47,153 bases of DNA, taken from positions 1 to 47,153 of the forward strand of contig JALAIB010000022.1 in NCBI GenBank assembly GCA_023645945.1, given 5' to 3'. The DNA comes from Diploschistes diacapsis. Lineage: Eukaryota. Position 1 is the first letter of the stretch. Every line of letters begins with the position of its first letter. The position numbers and the translations under genes are program-made. The notes beneath the pieces are model-generated. The model searched no databases. It was given only the letters and a program-made list of their open reading frames with translations, and was not told the origin of the DNA. Below, in pieces: positions 11,640 through 24,178 of the stretch.

Positions 11640-14600
11640 ATACGCTCCAAGCAGCCTAGATTCCTCCCGGACCCCTACAAAAACTTGTATCGCTGTCCGA
11701 AGGCCACGGGTTGACGGTTTTTTCGACCTTTCTTTCCTTGTAATTGTTCACAGGTTCGTAACATATCAGCGCCAAGTCATTGTGCTAACATGTATAGGTA
11801 CACCGCAACTGCTGACCTAGCAGTGCTGACACCCATATCAATCCGCGGCATGGTACCCGAGACCATCAATGCATATGGAAACATGAGCAGCACAAGCCTT
11901 GTTAGGTCGAAGCTAAATAGCGAGGATACACTGCTATCCTTAGCTCGCAAAACCGCTAAAGCGATCGATTTTGCCATGGACAATGCTTTCGTTCCGCTGG
12001 AAAAGGTCCTTGCCAGCATTGAAAATCAGTCGCACAATACCGGATCTTATTCACGTGGAACGATATATCACAATACAAAGGTCCCATCAATTTTCGGGAT
12101 CGTTCTTCGGAAATGCTTGTGAAGAAGACTACCATGTTTGGAATATGCTTCAATGTATCACTTAAGTTCGACTATGCTATCGCAAGCGTAGAATATGACG
12201 CAGACAGGTTGAGTCCAAATTTCTTGAAACGACTGCTTACAGCTTTTGTTGATCTTGTGCATTCCATCTGTACCACGGAACTGGTGCTACCGCTTCGGTA
12301 TCTGAGCGGATACACCAGCATGGAGCTAGACCACATCCTCCGCTTCTCGAATGCAAATTTGCGAATGGAAGGCGATAGAAACGCCTTGTTACACCAGGGG
12401 TTCGAGCATCAGGCGACGGTTTTGCCGGAAAACATCGCTATAGCCTTTTGGAGTAAAGGTTGTTATCTGTCGACGACATATCAGGGGCTGGACTCTCAAG
12501 TCTGTTTACCGTCCCTTCATATTTATTATTGTTGTGCTGACTTTCTTCAAGTCAACCTAAATTGCAGCTGTACTAAAGCAAAAGTACAATATCGGACTTG
12601 GTCATTGTGTTCCTGTATACCTTGACCAATCGCCAGGACTTCTGGCTGCTATTCTCGGGGTTCTCAAAGCCGGAGCGATTTACACTCCTTTGGCCAGAGA
12701 CGGGAGCTGGTCTTTGAAGCATATTCAACATATATTACAAATCTGTAATGCCAAGGTCATCTTGGGTGATACTGCAATGATGCCAGGACTTAATATGACA
12801 ACATACATGATTTACCAAAAGTTGCGACGGAATCATCAAGAGAATGTATTGCACTTGGTTCAAGCATTGCATACGTGATCTGGACTTCTGGAACTACCGG
12901 GAATCCGAAGGGCATCCCGATAAAGCATTCATCAGCTGCTACTGCAATCTCCAGTATGTCAAAGGATATGTATCAAAGAACCTCCGGAGATCGCGTGTTT
13001 CAGTTTGCCAGTCCTATCTTTGACGCTTCTATTGAAGACTACTTCTCAGCCTTATCAGTGGGAGCTACATTGTGCATGGCGCCTCGTCAAGAATTACTCG
13101 AGGATATTGAATCAGCCATGATTGCCCTCCAACCAACATCGGCGACATTAACGGCTAGTGTGGCCGCACTAATAAACCCAGAAGTAATCCCGCTCAAGAC
13201 GCTGGTGGTAGCGGGAGAACCCTTTACGGAGTCGGTTAAAGAGGCATGGGCCCATAGCTCAACACGTTTAATCAACGCATATGGGCCAGCTGAAAATGCC
13301 ATGCTTTCGTAAGTTACTATACGTGATATCAAAGGAACCCTTAGCTTGTACTAACTTTAATAGGACTTTCAGCGTCGTAGAGACAGATACAGACATACGC
13401 TCAATTGGAATGCCATTTCCAACAGTGCGAATTGTTATACTAGATCCTTTACTTTGTCCGACACCGCTGTTAGTAGAAGGCGAAATCTTCCTAGGAGGGC
13501 CACAGCTTTTTGAGAATTACCTTGGTTTGGATCCGACTTCTCAAAATGTACAGATTGACCACGATCAATTTGGCCGACTCTATCGAACTGGCGATCTGGG
13601 TTACTTCGATGAAGCTGGGCAAATAATGTTTTCTGGTCGCAGCGACAGTCAAGTTAAGTTCAGAGGACAACGCGTTGAGCTGAGTGGTCTGAGCATGATT
13701 ATTGAACAGTGCCCAACAGTCAGCCGAGCTGTCGTCTTGGTAGTGATGAACAAGCTCATTGCATTCGTCGTATGGACAGGTCCCAATAAAAACAATACAA
13801 AAGATTTGACTGTGGACAAACTAAGTGCTTCTACAGACCGGAGATTGCTATTCTTACAGACCTTCCTTGGGACCAAGGTTTCGGTTGCCACTAATCCTCA
13901 AATCTGGCTAGAGCTGTCATATATGCCCTTTACGACCAGCGGCAAAACTGACTATCGCAGGCTGAAGCTTTGCGCAGAAACCTTAGGACATCATCGAGCT
14001 GAGAATAACGTCGAGCCAAAGAGCCCTTTAGAACAAATAATACATGATTGCTGCTCTACAGTACTTGGTTATGTTTCACTAAGTATAACTGCGAATATCA
14101 TCGAATTAGGACTGGACTCCTTTTCTGCTATGGCCCTTTGGTCCAAATTGCGAAATTCAATTCCGTGGCACACCTGGACACTCCACGATCTATTTTCGTC
14201 CTCAAGTCTCCAAGCATTGGTCCCAACATACCCACCAACGCCATTTGAGCTGTGTCCCACCGCAATCAGAATGCCGTTGGTCTCGACCTATGCCAGTGGA
14301 ATGCACAGACCGGTTTATCCGGCAAGTTCAACTCAGGAGCGCTTCTACTCCTGCCAAGAAATCTACAAAGATGCTACTTATAGCTGTCCCTTCGTATTTG
14401 AGCTGAGAGATCTGGATATTGGAGACATACAGCGAGCTGTCAAAGCAATTATCAAGAGAAATAGTATCTTTCGAACCACATTCACGTACGATAATGGAGT
14501 CCAGCAAGTTATTTCGTCAACCCCGAACTCCACCTTTACAGAACACCACTTGGTACAGCCAGACTATACCTCAAACGAGGCGGAGATGAAACGTATTATC

Positions 14601-17600
14601 GGTGACGACCTGGGCACGCCCTTTAATCTCAACAAAGGCCCTCTGATACGATGCCATGGATTTCGGCTTGACGAAGGGAGGCAGTTTATCTCCCTGAATA
14701 TGCATCATATTATTACGGATGAGTAATCGATACGTCTGTTCAAAAGTGAAGTAATACCCCAATGTTTAACCATCACTCCTGAAGACAGGTCCGAGACCGT
14801 AGCCCGACTGCAATATATTGATTATTGCCTGGAAGAGCAGCGATGCCTTTCTAATCCAGCATTTTATAAAGTCGCGGCAAAATTTTGGGCGAATCATTTG
14901 AAAGGCGTGGCTTTGCCACTGCGTTTGCTTCAATTGCGCAAGGCAAATATTGTCACAAAGTAGCAGAGTATCAGACACAAGGTTGAGCCGCAAAAGGGCG
15001 CTTTCAAATGGATTCGAAATCAGGGGGTAACATCGTTCTCGACTTGCCTTGCTCTGCTCCAAATACTTCTACTTCGCCTTTGGGCTGCGCAAGAGCCCGT
15101 TGTTATTATCCCGGTCTCTCAAAGACCTGATGATACGAACTCAGTCTACGGCTGTTTCATTAACACCGTACCGATACGTGCATCAATGGACGGATCATTA
15201 TCCCTTGAGAAAGCTCCCAAAGACACTGCGAAGCAACTATCGAATATTATTCAACATTCGTACCTGCCTTACAAATCTATTCTTCAACATGGAGAACTTC
15301 ATGCGGATGATATTCAAGTTATGTTTACCTATCATGACGCTGGCCAGAAATCGTATATTGGTTTTACAGAAGCAGAGCATATTCTTCCGACGGAGATAGC
15401 GACTGTAGGTGCTAAGTTTCCACTCAGCCTTTCAGTCATTGAAAGCCGGTTAAACAACACCTCAACGCTAGAGATAGTGCTTGATTACGATGGGCACGAA
15501 TTCTCACATGCTGAGATGACGAGTATTTGTTGCCACTATGCCACGTTGCTGCTTTCAGCGTCGAAAGATAACGGAACCACGCCTATTAGCCAACTGGACA
15601 TTCTCAGCCAAGCAGATAATGTTTTCTTGGGGAACAATCGTGGGAGACTAGAGACTGAAAAAGCTTCGGATTTGCTCGTGCATGAGATTATTCTCGCGCA
15701 GTGTCTGAGGTCACCGAACGCTATAGCCTGTTGGTATGAAGGAATAGAAGAAGTTACATAGAGTGAATTATGGTCAAAGGTTGAGAGGCTCTCGCAGCAC
15801 TTTTCGCGCTTTGACATACTGCAAAATAGCAAGGCATGTATCTTCCTAGATGCGGGTATTGAGCGAATTGTTGCAACTGTGGCCCTACTCCACTGTGGAT
15901 TTGCTTATGTGCCACTGGACGTCCATTCGCCAGCAGCCCGGAACGCTACGATCGTGGAAGACCGCAAACCTCAATTTCTCTTGGTCGCTAATAATTGCCA
16001 AGCAGAATACCTCCAGGCTTTGTAGACCCTGAACGAGGAATTATCAAAGGTTGGCAGTATGGTGGATCTCGAGTTCATCGGCAAGGAGGCTGTCCATGAT
16101 CAGCATTTCTTGCCTCACAGGAGTTGTCGAGCAGACGAGAAGTCGATAGCATATGTGCTGTACACAAGCGGTTCAACCGGCAGACCCAAAGGTGTCCAGA
16201 TTGAGCATCGAGCTATTCGAAATTCGCTACAGGAGCACCAACGTTTGTATCAACTGGGCCCAGGAACACGCCTCTTACAATTAGCCCCTTGGACCTTTGA
16301 TGTGTCGGTTGTTGATATACTTGGAAGACTCACTTGTGGCGCAACTCTCTGTCTTGGAAGTAAGGATTATCTACTTACTGACCTTACCAGAGCTATCAAC
16401 ACTATGAAAATATCACACCTGGCAACAACCCCAACAATGATCTCTTTGTTAACCCCAGCCGAAGTCCCCACAATCTTGGTGCTTGCTATTGGCGGAGAAC
16501 CCATGACAAGAGCTTTGCGCGATACTTGGGGAAACGCTGCAATGCTTCTGAATGTGTATGGTCCAACTGAAACTTGCGTTAACGTTCTTAGCTGCCTGGT
16601 GCGACCGCAATCCGATATCAGTGTTATTGGGCGACCCCTCAATAATAACATAGTATATATATTAGATGAACGACTTTACGAGGTTCCACCAGGTACTCCG
16701 GGACAGCTGGCCATAGGTGGGGTACAAGCTTGCTCGAGGTTACCTAAACAGACCTGACGAGAACAAGCTGTTCATAGAGCATGAGAGATTTGGTAGGCTA
16801 TACTTAACCGGTAAGGCGTGACAAGGTGTTTGTGTTCCAGTAACTCATAACTGTTCAGGAGATCGTGTTAAGTTCATGCATGACGGAAGCATCTCATTTC
16901 TGGGCTGAATTGACAATCAAGTCAAGCTCCGAGGCCAAAGAATCGAGCTTGGCGAAATCGAAGCAATTGTTACTGCTGAACCTGGCGTGGAGCAGGCAGT
17001 CGCCCTTCTTTGTGGCAGTGGATCCGCTGAGTGCCTGGCTGTTAGGTATTGCTTGAGAGGTAGATTGCTAGCCAGTAACAGGACACTCCAAACCCAGCAT
17101 ACCAAGGATTCGTTGGCGATGACTGGTAGACTTCATGCGAGACTAAGCGCCGTCGTACCATCATATCTCGTGCCCAAGTACTGGGTACTGTTGACTTTTA
17201 TGCCGATGACCACGAATTGTAAGATAGACCGCCGGGCACTCAGCATGTTTATCACGACACTATCTACTAGAGAGAAAGCTTTATTTACACACGAGATCAT
17301 CCAGCCAGGTATACGTTCGTCTCAACCTTTATCCACCACGAAAGAGAAGATTATCGGACAGTGTGTTCAAGAGGTCTTGGAAACAGATACGGTTTACAGG
17401 GACAGTAATTTCTTCTCACTCTCTGGCGACTCTATATCGGCGATTAGACTATGTGCGCTTCTACGAAATCGTGGCATTATCATCACGGTGAAAGAGATCT
17501 ATCTTCGACCCACCATTGCTCAGCAGGCAGTTTTCGCGAGATACACTTCATATCGTCTTACAGACACTCCAAGCTATCCGTATGGCACTATTCAGAAAAC

Positions 17601-20600
17601 GCCAATCATGAGCTGGTTCCTTTGGTCATGCAAGAAAAATCCTCACTGGTACAATCAGAGCTACGTCTTGAAACTTTCGAAGGCCCAAGATCTCGAAAGA
17701 ATAGAACTGGCATGGGAAACGATCGTAGCTATGCATCCTATGCTCCGATTTCGGACTCACATCGGGCAGTCTGGTATCGAGGTCACAATCCCAGACACAC
17801 CAGGCACTAACGATTTCCGCGTTTTCTGGTGGGATGTCTTGACAGAGCAACAAGTGTTTGATCTCTCCCTTCATGTACAGTCAGGGCTTCATCTTGGGCA
17901 TGGACCCATCTCCGCATTGGACTGTTCATGTTGGCAGGCAGCAGCTATTGTGCGATAGCTGTACATCATTTAGCTATTGATATCGTTTCTTGGCACATTA
18001 TTCTAGACGATCTTGAGAGGACTCTCCAAGGGCAAATGAAACCTATTCCAGAACACAGCAGTTTCTTCGACTGGTCTAAACATGTCTCACAGCTACGCCA
18101 GCACGAAGGTTTATTGATTCAGCGAAACCAGGAAGTCACCGTCTCGCAGTTTAGACACCCGAATACAAAAATCGCTCCGGCATTCGAAGAGATGTCCATC
18201 TACAACACTGTTTTGTCAAGCCGAGTTCTAAGTTTTAACATCGACCCCTCATCAACGAGCTGGCTCCTAATGGAAGCCAATACTGCCTATCGGACTGAAG
18301 CCGTTGACTTATTACTGAGTGGGCTGGTCATGGCCTTTAAGCGATGGCGGAATATGAACAAGATTGAAATTCGTTTCGCATCTCACGGCCGAGACTTTCG
18401 GAACGAGTCTTTGGATGTATCCAGAACCGTTGGCTGGTTTACCTACATGTTCGATATTTTGCTATCATTTCCTGCGAATACACCCCTAGATCAACGCATC
18501 GCTCACGTAAAAGATGCAAGAAGCAATTGTACCGCCAATTCTGGTTTCTCGAAGCATTTTGAGATAATGACAAACCACCCTGTGATATGCTTCAACTACT
18601 CCGGAGCTTATTCCAACTCGAACGTCAATACAACCTCCCCCGTAATAGAGTTAGCCGAAAACCGTCGCGATGAAGACCCTCAAAACTGCCGCTCTGCCGT
18701 GCTTGATATCGGATGTAGTGTGGTTGATGGATCGCTAATTATGGCTATTATTTACAGTACCGCTCTACACGAGGAACACGAGGTGTCTGCCTTATTAAGG
18801 TTATGGCAGCTGTCAATGGCCGACAAATTGAACTTTTGCCGCGAAAGTCACTATAAATATCACTTCACTTCGAGTGACTTATCCTTCTTCACAATTGAAT
18901 ATGCCGATTTGACAAAGCTTGTGGAGACAAGCCTCCTTCCTTATGGTCTCGAACCCCGTATGGTTGAAAATATTCTTGAAGCAACAGATATGCAACGTGC
19001 GATGGTACTCCAGAGTCAAGAAAGCGGGTGCTATATTGAATCATTCTCCTATGATATCGAGGGTGAGATCGATATTCTAATGTTCATCAAAGCATGGTCG
19101 GAAGTTGTGGCGAAGCACAGCGTTCTCAGAACCGTTTTCGTGCCTTGCGGCCTCCAAGGGCAAAATTGGGACAATCAAATGCTGCAGGTCATTTTAAGGA
19201 TGGATAATCTAGAGGAGCGCGTTTTCTTGGAAAAGCCGAATACAAAAACTTTTACTGCTGAGTACGGAAAATCGCTCACTCGATGCTATATCTACGACAC
19301 CAAGGAGAAAGGCTTTCACTTTACTTGGCAATATCATCATGCTATAGTGGACGGATGGTCTAGCAACATTATTTTGCGAGACTTTGAGAGTGCGTACCTC
19401 GGAAAACACATTGCGAGCATCTCTGAGTTCAAGCAAGCAGCAATACAGATAAATGCCTGGTCTAGGTCTTCGGCAACGGGTGCATTCTGGAGGACGCAAC
19501 TGATGGAGGCTCCGCCTACGATCTTGGTTGATTACACCAATGATACTATGAATAACGACAAAAATCAATTTGACTCTCGTTTTGAATGGGGTCTTGATTG
19601 TTCGGTCAGGAAGCTCGAAGACTTTGCAGCGTCCCACAGCCTCACACCTTCTGTAATATTACGTGCTGCGTGAACAATGACCCTGTCATATTACACCGAT
19701 GAGGAAGATGTAATCTTCGGAGCCACTACATCTGGAAGGGCCCTCGATATTATTGGTATTGAAGATATCGTAGGGCCTTGCATCAATACAGTTCCATTCC
19801 GTGTGCAAATAGACTGGGACGATGAAAAAGGAAAATTTCTGGCAAAAGTCCAGGAGAAAAACACCGCGATCATCGAGCACGAAGCCATGTCCTTACATCA
19901 GATCTACAAAGAGTCAAGAACACAGAATCTTTTCAATACCGTCATCGTTTATCAAAATCATCCCAGATTCAAAGCTAATACAGCTTTACCATTCAAAATG
20001 ACACTGACAAACGTTGAGGAGGCTACGGAAATTCCACTCAATGTAATGATAGGCCAGGATGAGAATGCATTATTTCACGTCACGGTCTTATTACATGGGT
20101 GGAAATTCTCGATACAGTTCCTGCAGAACATACTGACAAGCTTCGGCCTTGCTTTGAGTGGATTATGTACAACTGAGGGATCAACCAAGCAGCAATTAAA
20201 GGATGTGGTCATGTTGAGTAAGTCCCATAAAGACAAGATCAGTTCCTTGGGATGTGGTGTCGGTTCTTCCTTATCTGAGAGTGTTGGTTTATGGCAGATG
20301 TTTGAGGAGCGAGCGTTGTCCGCGCCCAGCAGCCACGCTATGGAATTTCGCCAACCAGCCCAGCAACAAGTGTTTACCTACAAACAAGTTCTTTCCTTGG
20401 CCAAACAAGGGTCACAAAATCTCCTTTCCAGAGGCATTCAGATAGGAGACCGAATAGCATTGTATTTGGACAAATCACCAGCTCTAATATTCGCCATCCT
20501 GTCAATCATACGACTTGGCGCCGCTTGTATACCAATTGAGAAGAATATCCCGGCTGATCGTGTAAAAATGATAGTCCAAGAGTCACAGCCTATATTGGTC

Positions 20601-23017
20601 ATTTTAGATGACCTTGAGGAACACGCTTCGTGGAAAGCCCAGTGTAAAACAATCTTCGTCAGAGATTTCCTTAGTCCGCAATCGATTCTGACAAGTCCAC
20701 TTCCTGAACCTCCTGCTGAGAGTGACCCCAATCGACTCACAGCTATCCTCTTCACTAGTGGCACCACTGGAGTACCGAAAGGTGTCCGTATGCCGCAGCG
20801 ACAGCTCGTTGGTTACGCCACTACTATGGCACGTGCTTATCGCTATGACACTAGCAGTCGAATCTTCTGCTTTTCGCGTTATGTATTTGACGTAGCAATC
20901 AGCGATATCTTTGGTGGATTCTACAGTGGTGCGACGATCTGTCTCGCACCTCAACGAGATACAATAAACAATCTCTCGTACCTGCTGAATCAATTTAGAG
21001 CAACGACAGTGAACCTTACTTCTTCTGTTGCATCTCTCCTAGCACCGGGAGAGATACCCAATCTCAGGTCGATGATATTGACAGGCGAGATATTGACAGG
21101 CGAAGCTCTTACGCCCACTCTCATACAGACCTGGTCACCACTCATTCACGTGGTTAACTCCTATGGTGAGTGAGTGAGCGAGCCATGTTATATCTATGTA
21201 CTCACTACGAGCCAGGTCCTACAGAAGCAGCCGTAATCACGTGGACAGATGTTACGCCCAACTCAGACCCTCGATGCATTGGTGAGGTTGTCTCTGGCAT
21301 GGAAGTTGTGATCCTCAACAAGTGGCATCGGAAAACTCCAATCGGAGTCAAAGGCATCATTTTCACTACTGGCAAGTAACTCTCTATGGGATACCTCAAT
21401 CGGCCAGAACTTACGGCAGATCATTTCATCTACAGTCTAGACTCACCAGACACCCTCATGTACAACACAGGTGTGTCGAGTATTGAATGTTTTTCGAGCA
21501 AGACTGACGATATCAAGGTGACAATGGAGCCTATGACTCTGCAGGAAAAGTGTTGCATCTTGGTCGGAAGGACAATCAGCTCAAGCTCCATGGTCAGCGG
21601 ATTGAACTGACTGCTATAGAAAACGTCATGTCGCAGAATGGTCCAAGTGTCACTGTATGCCTTCTAAAACTTCCTGGTGAAGTCACACAGCTTGTCGCTT
21701 TCTTCCGGCTCGACACTTCTCCCTCAAAGTCGTCGTTCGAAGAGCCCGAAGTGATTCTCAGTCAGAAGGCCGAAATTATTTCACTGCAAATGCGATCAAG
21801 GGCTACACGGGTTCTGCCATCATACATGGTGCCTAAAGCAAACGTGGCGTTAACCTGTCTTCCACTGACCGCAAACGGTAAGGTAGATCGAGTTACCTTA
21901 ACTAAGTGTTATATAGAGAAGTTTCTTCCTCTGCAGGCGGAGGCGCTTGTGGTTCAGATCGTAGAACCAACAACTCTTCTTGAACGAAGCATACATGCCG
22001 TTGTTTCTGAGATGTTCAATCTCTCGCAACTGTCGATCGAGACCGATTTATTCACGTTAGTGCTCGATTCATTATCATGCATGAGGCTGGCCAGCACACT
22101 CAGAAGAAAGCTCAAGCTCCCTGTTAACCTCCAGTGTATTATGGAAAATCGCACTGTCAGAGATTTAGCTGGTAAGCTCAGCAGTCATGTAACAAATCAG
22201 AATGACAAGAGGGCCATAACAGATGTATCAATTATGATCCATTTTTCGTCTCTACCGAACGCAGCCGTTCCCACCGTTTTCTGCTACACCCATCATCGGG
22301 ATTATTCTTCGAATACAGGAACATCATTCAGTACCTGCGCGAGATAAGGGTTGTGGGTATCAATAACCCTAGGTTTGGTAGTTCGAAGGGTTTCCGTAGT
22401 ATTGCCGACATGGCCTTTGAATATGTACGTGATGAAAGCACAAGCCCGGTTCAAGCTAATCAGCATAGTACACTGCGATTACTGAATTTCAGCAAAGAGA
22501 GCCCTACCTCATACTAGGATACTCTTTCGGGGCGCATGTGGCGGTTGAGATTGGCCGCCTGCTTCTCCGTAGGAAACCCAGCTGCGTTGTGAAGCTGATC
22601 TTGGTGGATTCCTCTGCAATTCCTCTTTCTGCAAATTATCCAGCCCCTTCCACCGTGGCCACCGTCGTTAGTCGTCTCGGGCTTGAAAGCATGCCTGTTA
22701 CAACATATGGGGAGAGAGACTTCGTCCAAAATCTTGAATAAGAAGTTGAGCGCAACCTAAGACTGATGGCCAATCACGAGCATGTATTCTACCCAGGAGC
22801 GGCTACTTTTCTCAAGGCGTATGCTTCGCCCGACGCAAGGTCAAAGTATCAAGACGACAAAACCAATGGTTACGCTCATCTGATCGGGGACCTGACTTCG
22901 GACACCATCTACGGTGATCATTACAGAGTGTTCAAGGACGGGGAGTATATTGATCACAATGGTGGAGTTCTGAGGAAAGCTCTTGGTCTGGCCGAGATCA
23001 TTCAGAGTCGCGTTTGA
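11640..23017 (+). pseudogene. Non-ribosomal peptide synthetase pseudogene, [partial C]-A-T-C-A-T-E-C-A-T-TE, 5' end missing
   Basis: A-domain motifs: WTSGTTGNPKG (~12880), YTSGSTGRPKG (~16160), FTSGTTGVPKG (~20750), plus YRTGDL and GRxDxQVK. T domains: LGLDS (~14105), LSGDS (~17420), LVLDS (~22057). C domains: MHHIITDE* (~14700), YHHAIVDGWS (~19332). E domain: HHLAIDIVSW, SRTVGWFT, FNYSG (~17960-18600). TE: GYSFG (~22517). In-frame stops at 12558, 14724, 14961, 15759, 16023, 16906, 19671, 21377 and 22739, and frameshifts at ~16728, ~17920 and ~22285. Introns include 16811-16858, 21166-21215 and 21471-21517. Confidence 0.93.
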
Positions 23018-24178
23018 GACAAGTCCTTCGAAAGCAACGAGGCAGTATGTGACGGAAAGAGACATTGTAAAACGATATTCATGTTACTTTTCTAGTTGGC
23101 ATACCTCTAGATAGTTTACCAGCTCAACATGAGACATGACGTACCCGGCATCGCCCTGTTTAATAGTCCATGCATCGCTCCTTCCTTCTCCACGTCTTTC
23201 TTAATACTGCTATACGTAGGTGCCCATTCTAATTGCCGATCTAACATTTTCTTCCATTGCTGTCCAGCTGTCCATGCTTGCAATGACGCCTCCGTGTAGG
23301 CCAAGTTCACCTCTTCAAGCACTCTTTGGCCAGCAAGCCCAAATGCACGCATTCCCACATCTGCTAGACCGGCCTCTTCTCTAGTAAGTGCATCCAACAG
23401 ACTTCAGCAGCATGGACGCCCTCCTTGGGCGGGATGGTACATTGTAGACAGCCACGTCGGTCTCCCAATGTGCCACCAACCACTCCACGACTCGAATAGG
23501 AGCCTACTCGTCTCTGCCACCGCACCTTCAATTTTAAATCTCTGTGGTTTTGTAGGAGCTGCTTCCAGAGTCGGGCCAATCGTTCCCGACTAAAGTGCGA
23601 AGAGCGTAGATGTATTGCAGCCGGATTGGGCCCAGATATCACGACGTCAACGCGAGGCCTAACCGACAAAAATATGCGAGAGCGCCACCTGCACGTAAGA
23701 AGCCGGCGCGCCGTCAATCAAGATCCATTTGTCCTCCACCCAGTTTGGTATGTTGGAGACCTCCTTTGCTCTCTGGTACCAGGGTCGCGGAAGGACGGTA
23801 CGATCTTGCAGTCAATTGTGAATGGAAGGAGCCCTCGCAATCCATAAGCTTTACGCATGAGGAGAACGAGGAGGCCTGGAATATCAGCACGAGCGACTGT
23901 ACATATAGAAAAGCTGGGAGGCTTGGCGGGCCATCGTCATTAGTAATCCGCTTGTATCAATCATGTGATTAAAGCGCAGTGAGCTTGCCAGCAAACTCAG
24001 AAATATATCCCTTCTGAAATCCAACAGCTATATGCTGAATGGAACTGCTGCCATCTATTTCAAAACCAAGACTTACCCAAACAGAGGACAATCCAGCATT
24101 TTCAGATCTCTGAGTGTCAAAATCTCCCTTCTCAGCCGTGTTGGACATCACCGATCTTGACGATGCTCGATCTTCAGA

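Noticed and set aside
11640..23017. NRPS as an ACV synthetase (pcbAB) or as several separate genes
   Set aside because: The E domain is in the penultimate module, no IPNS gene is nearby, and the fragments join into one gene across stops, frameshifts and introns.
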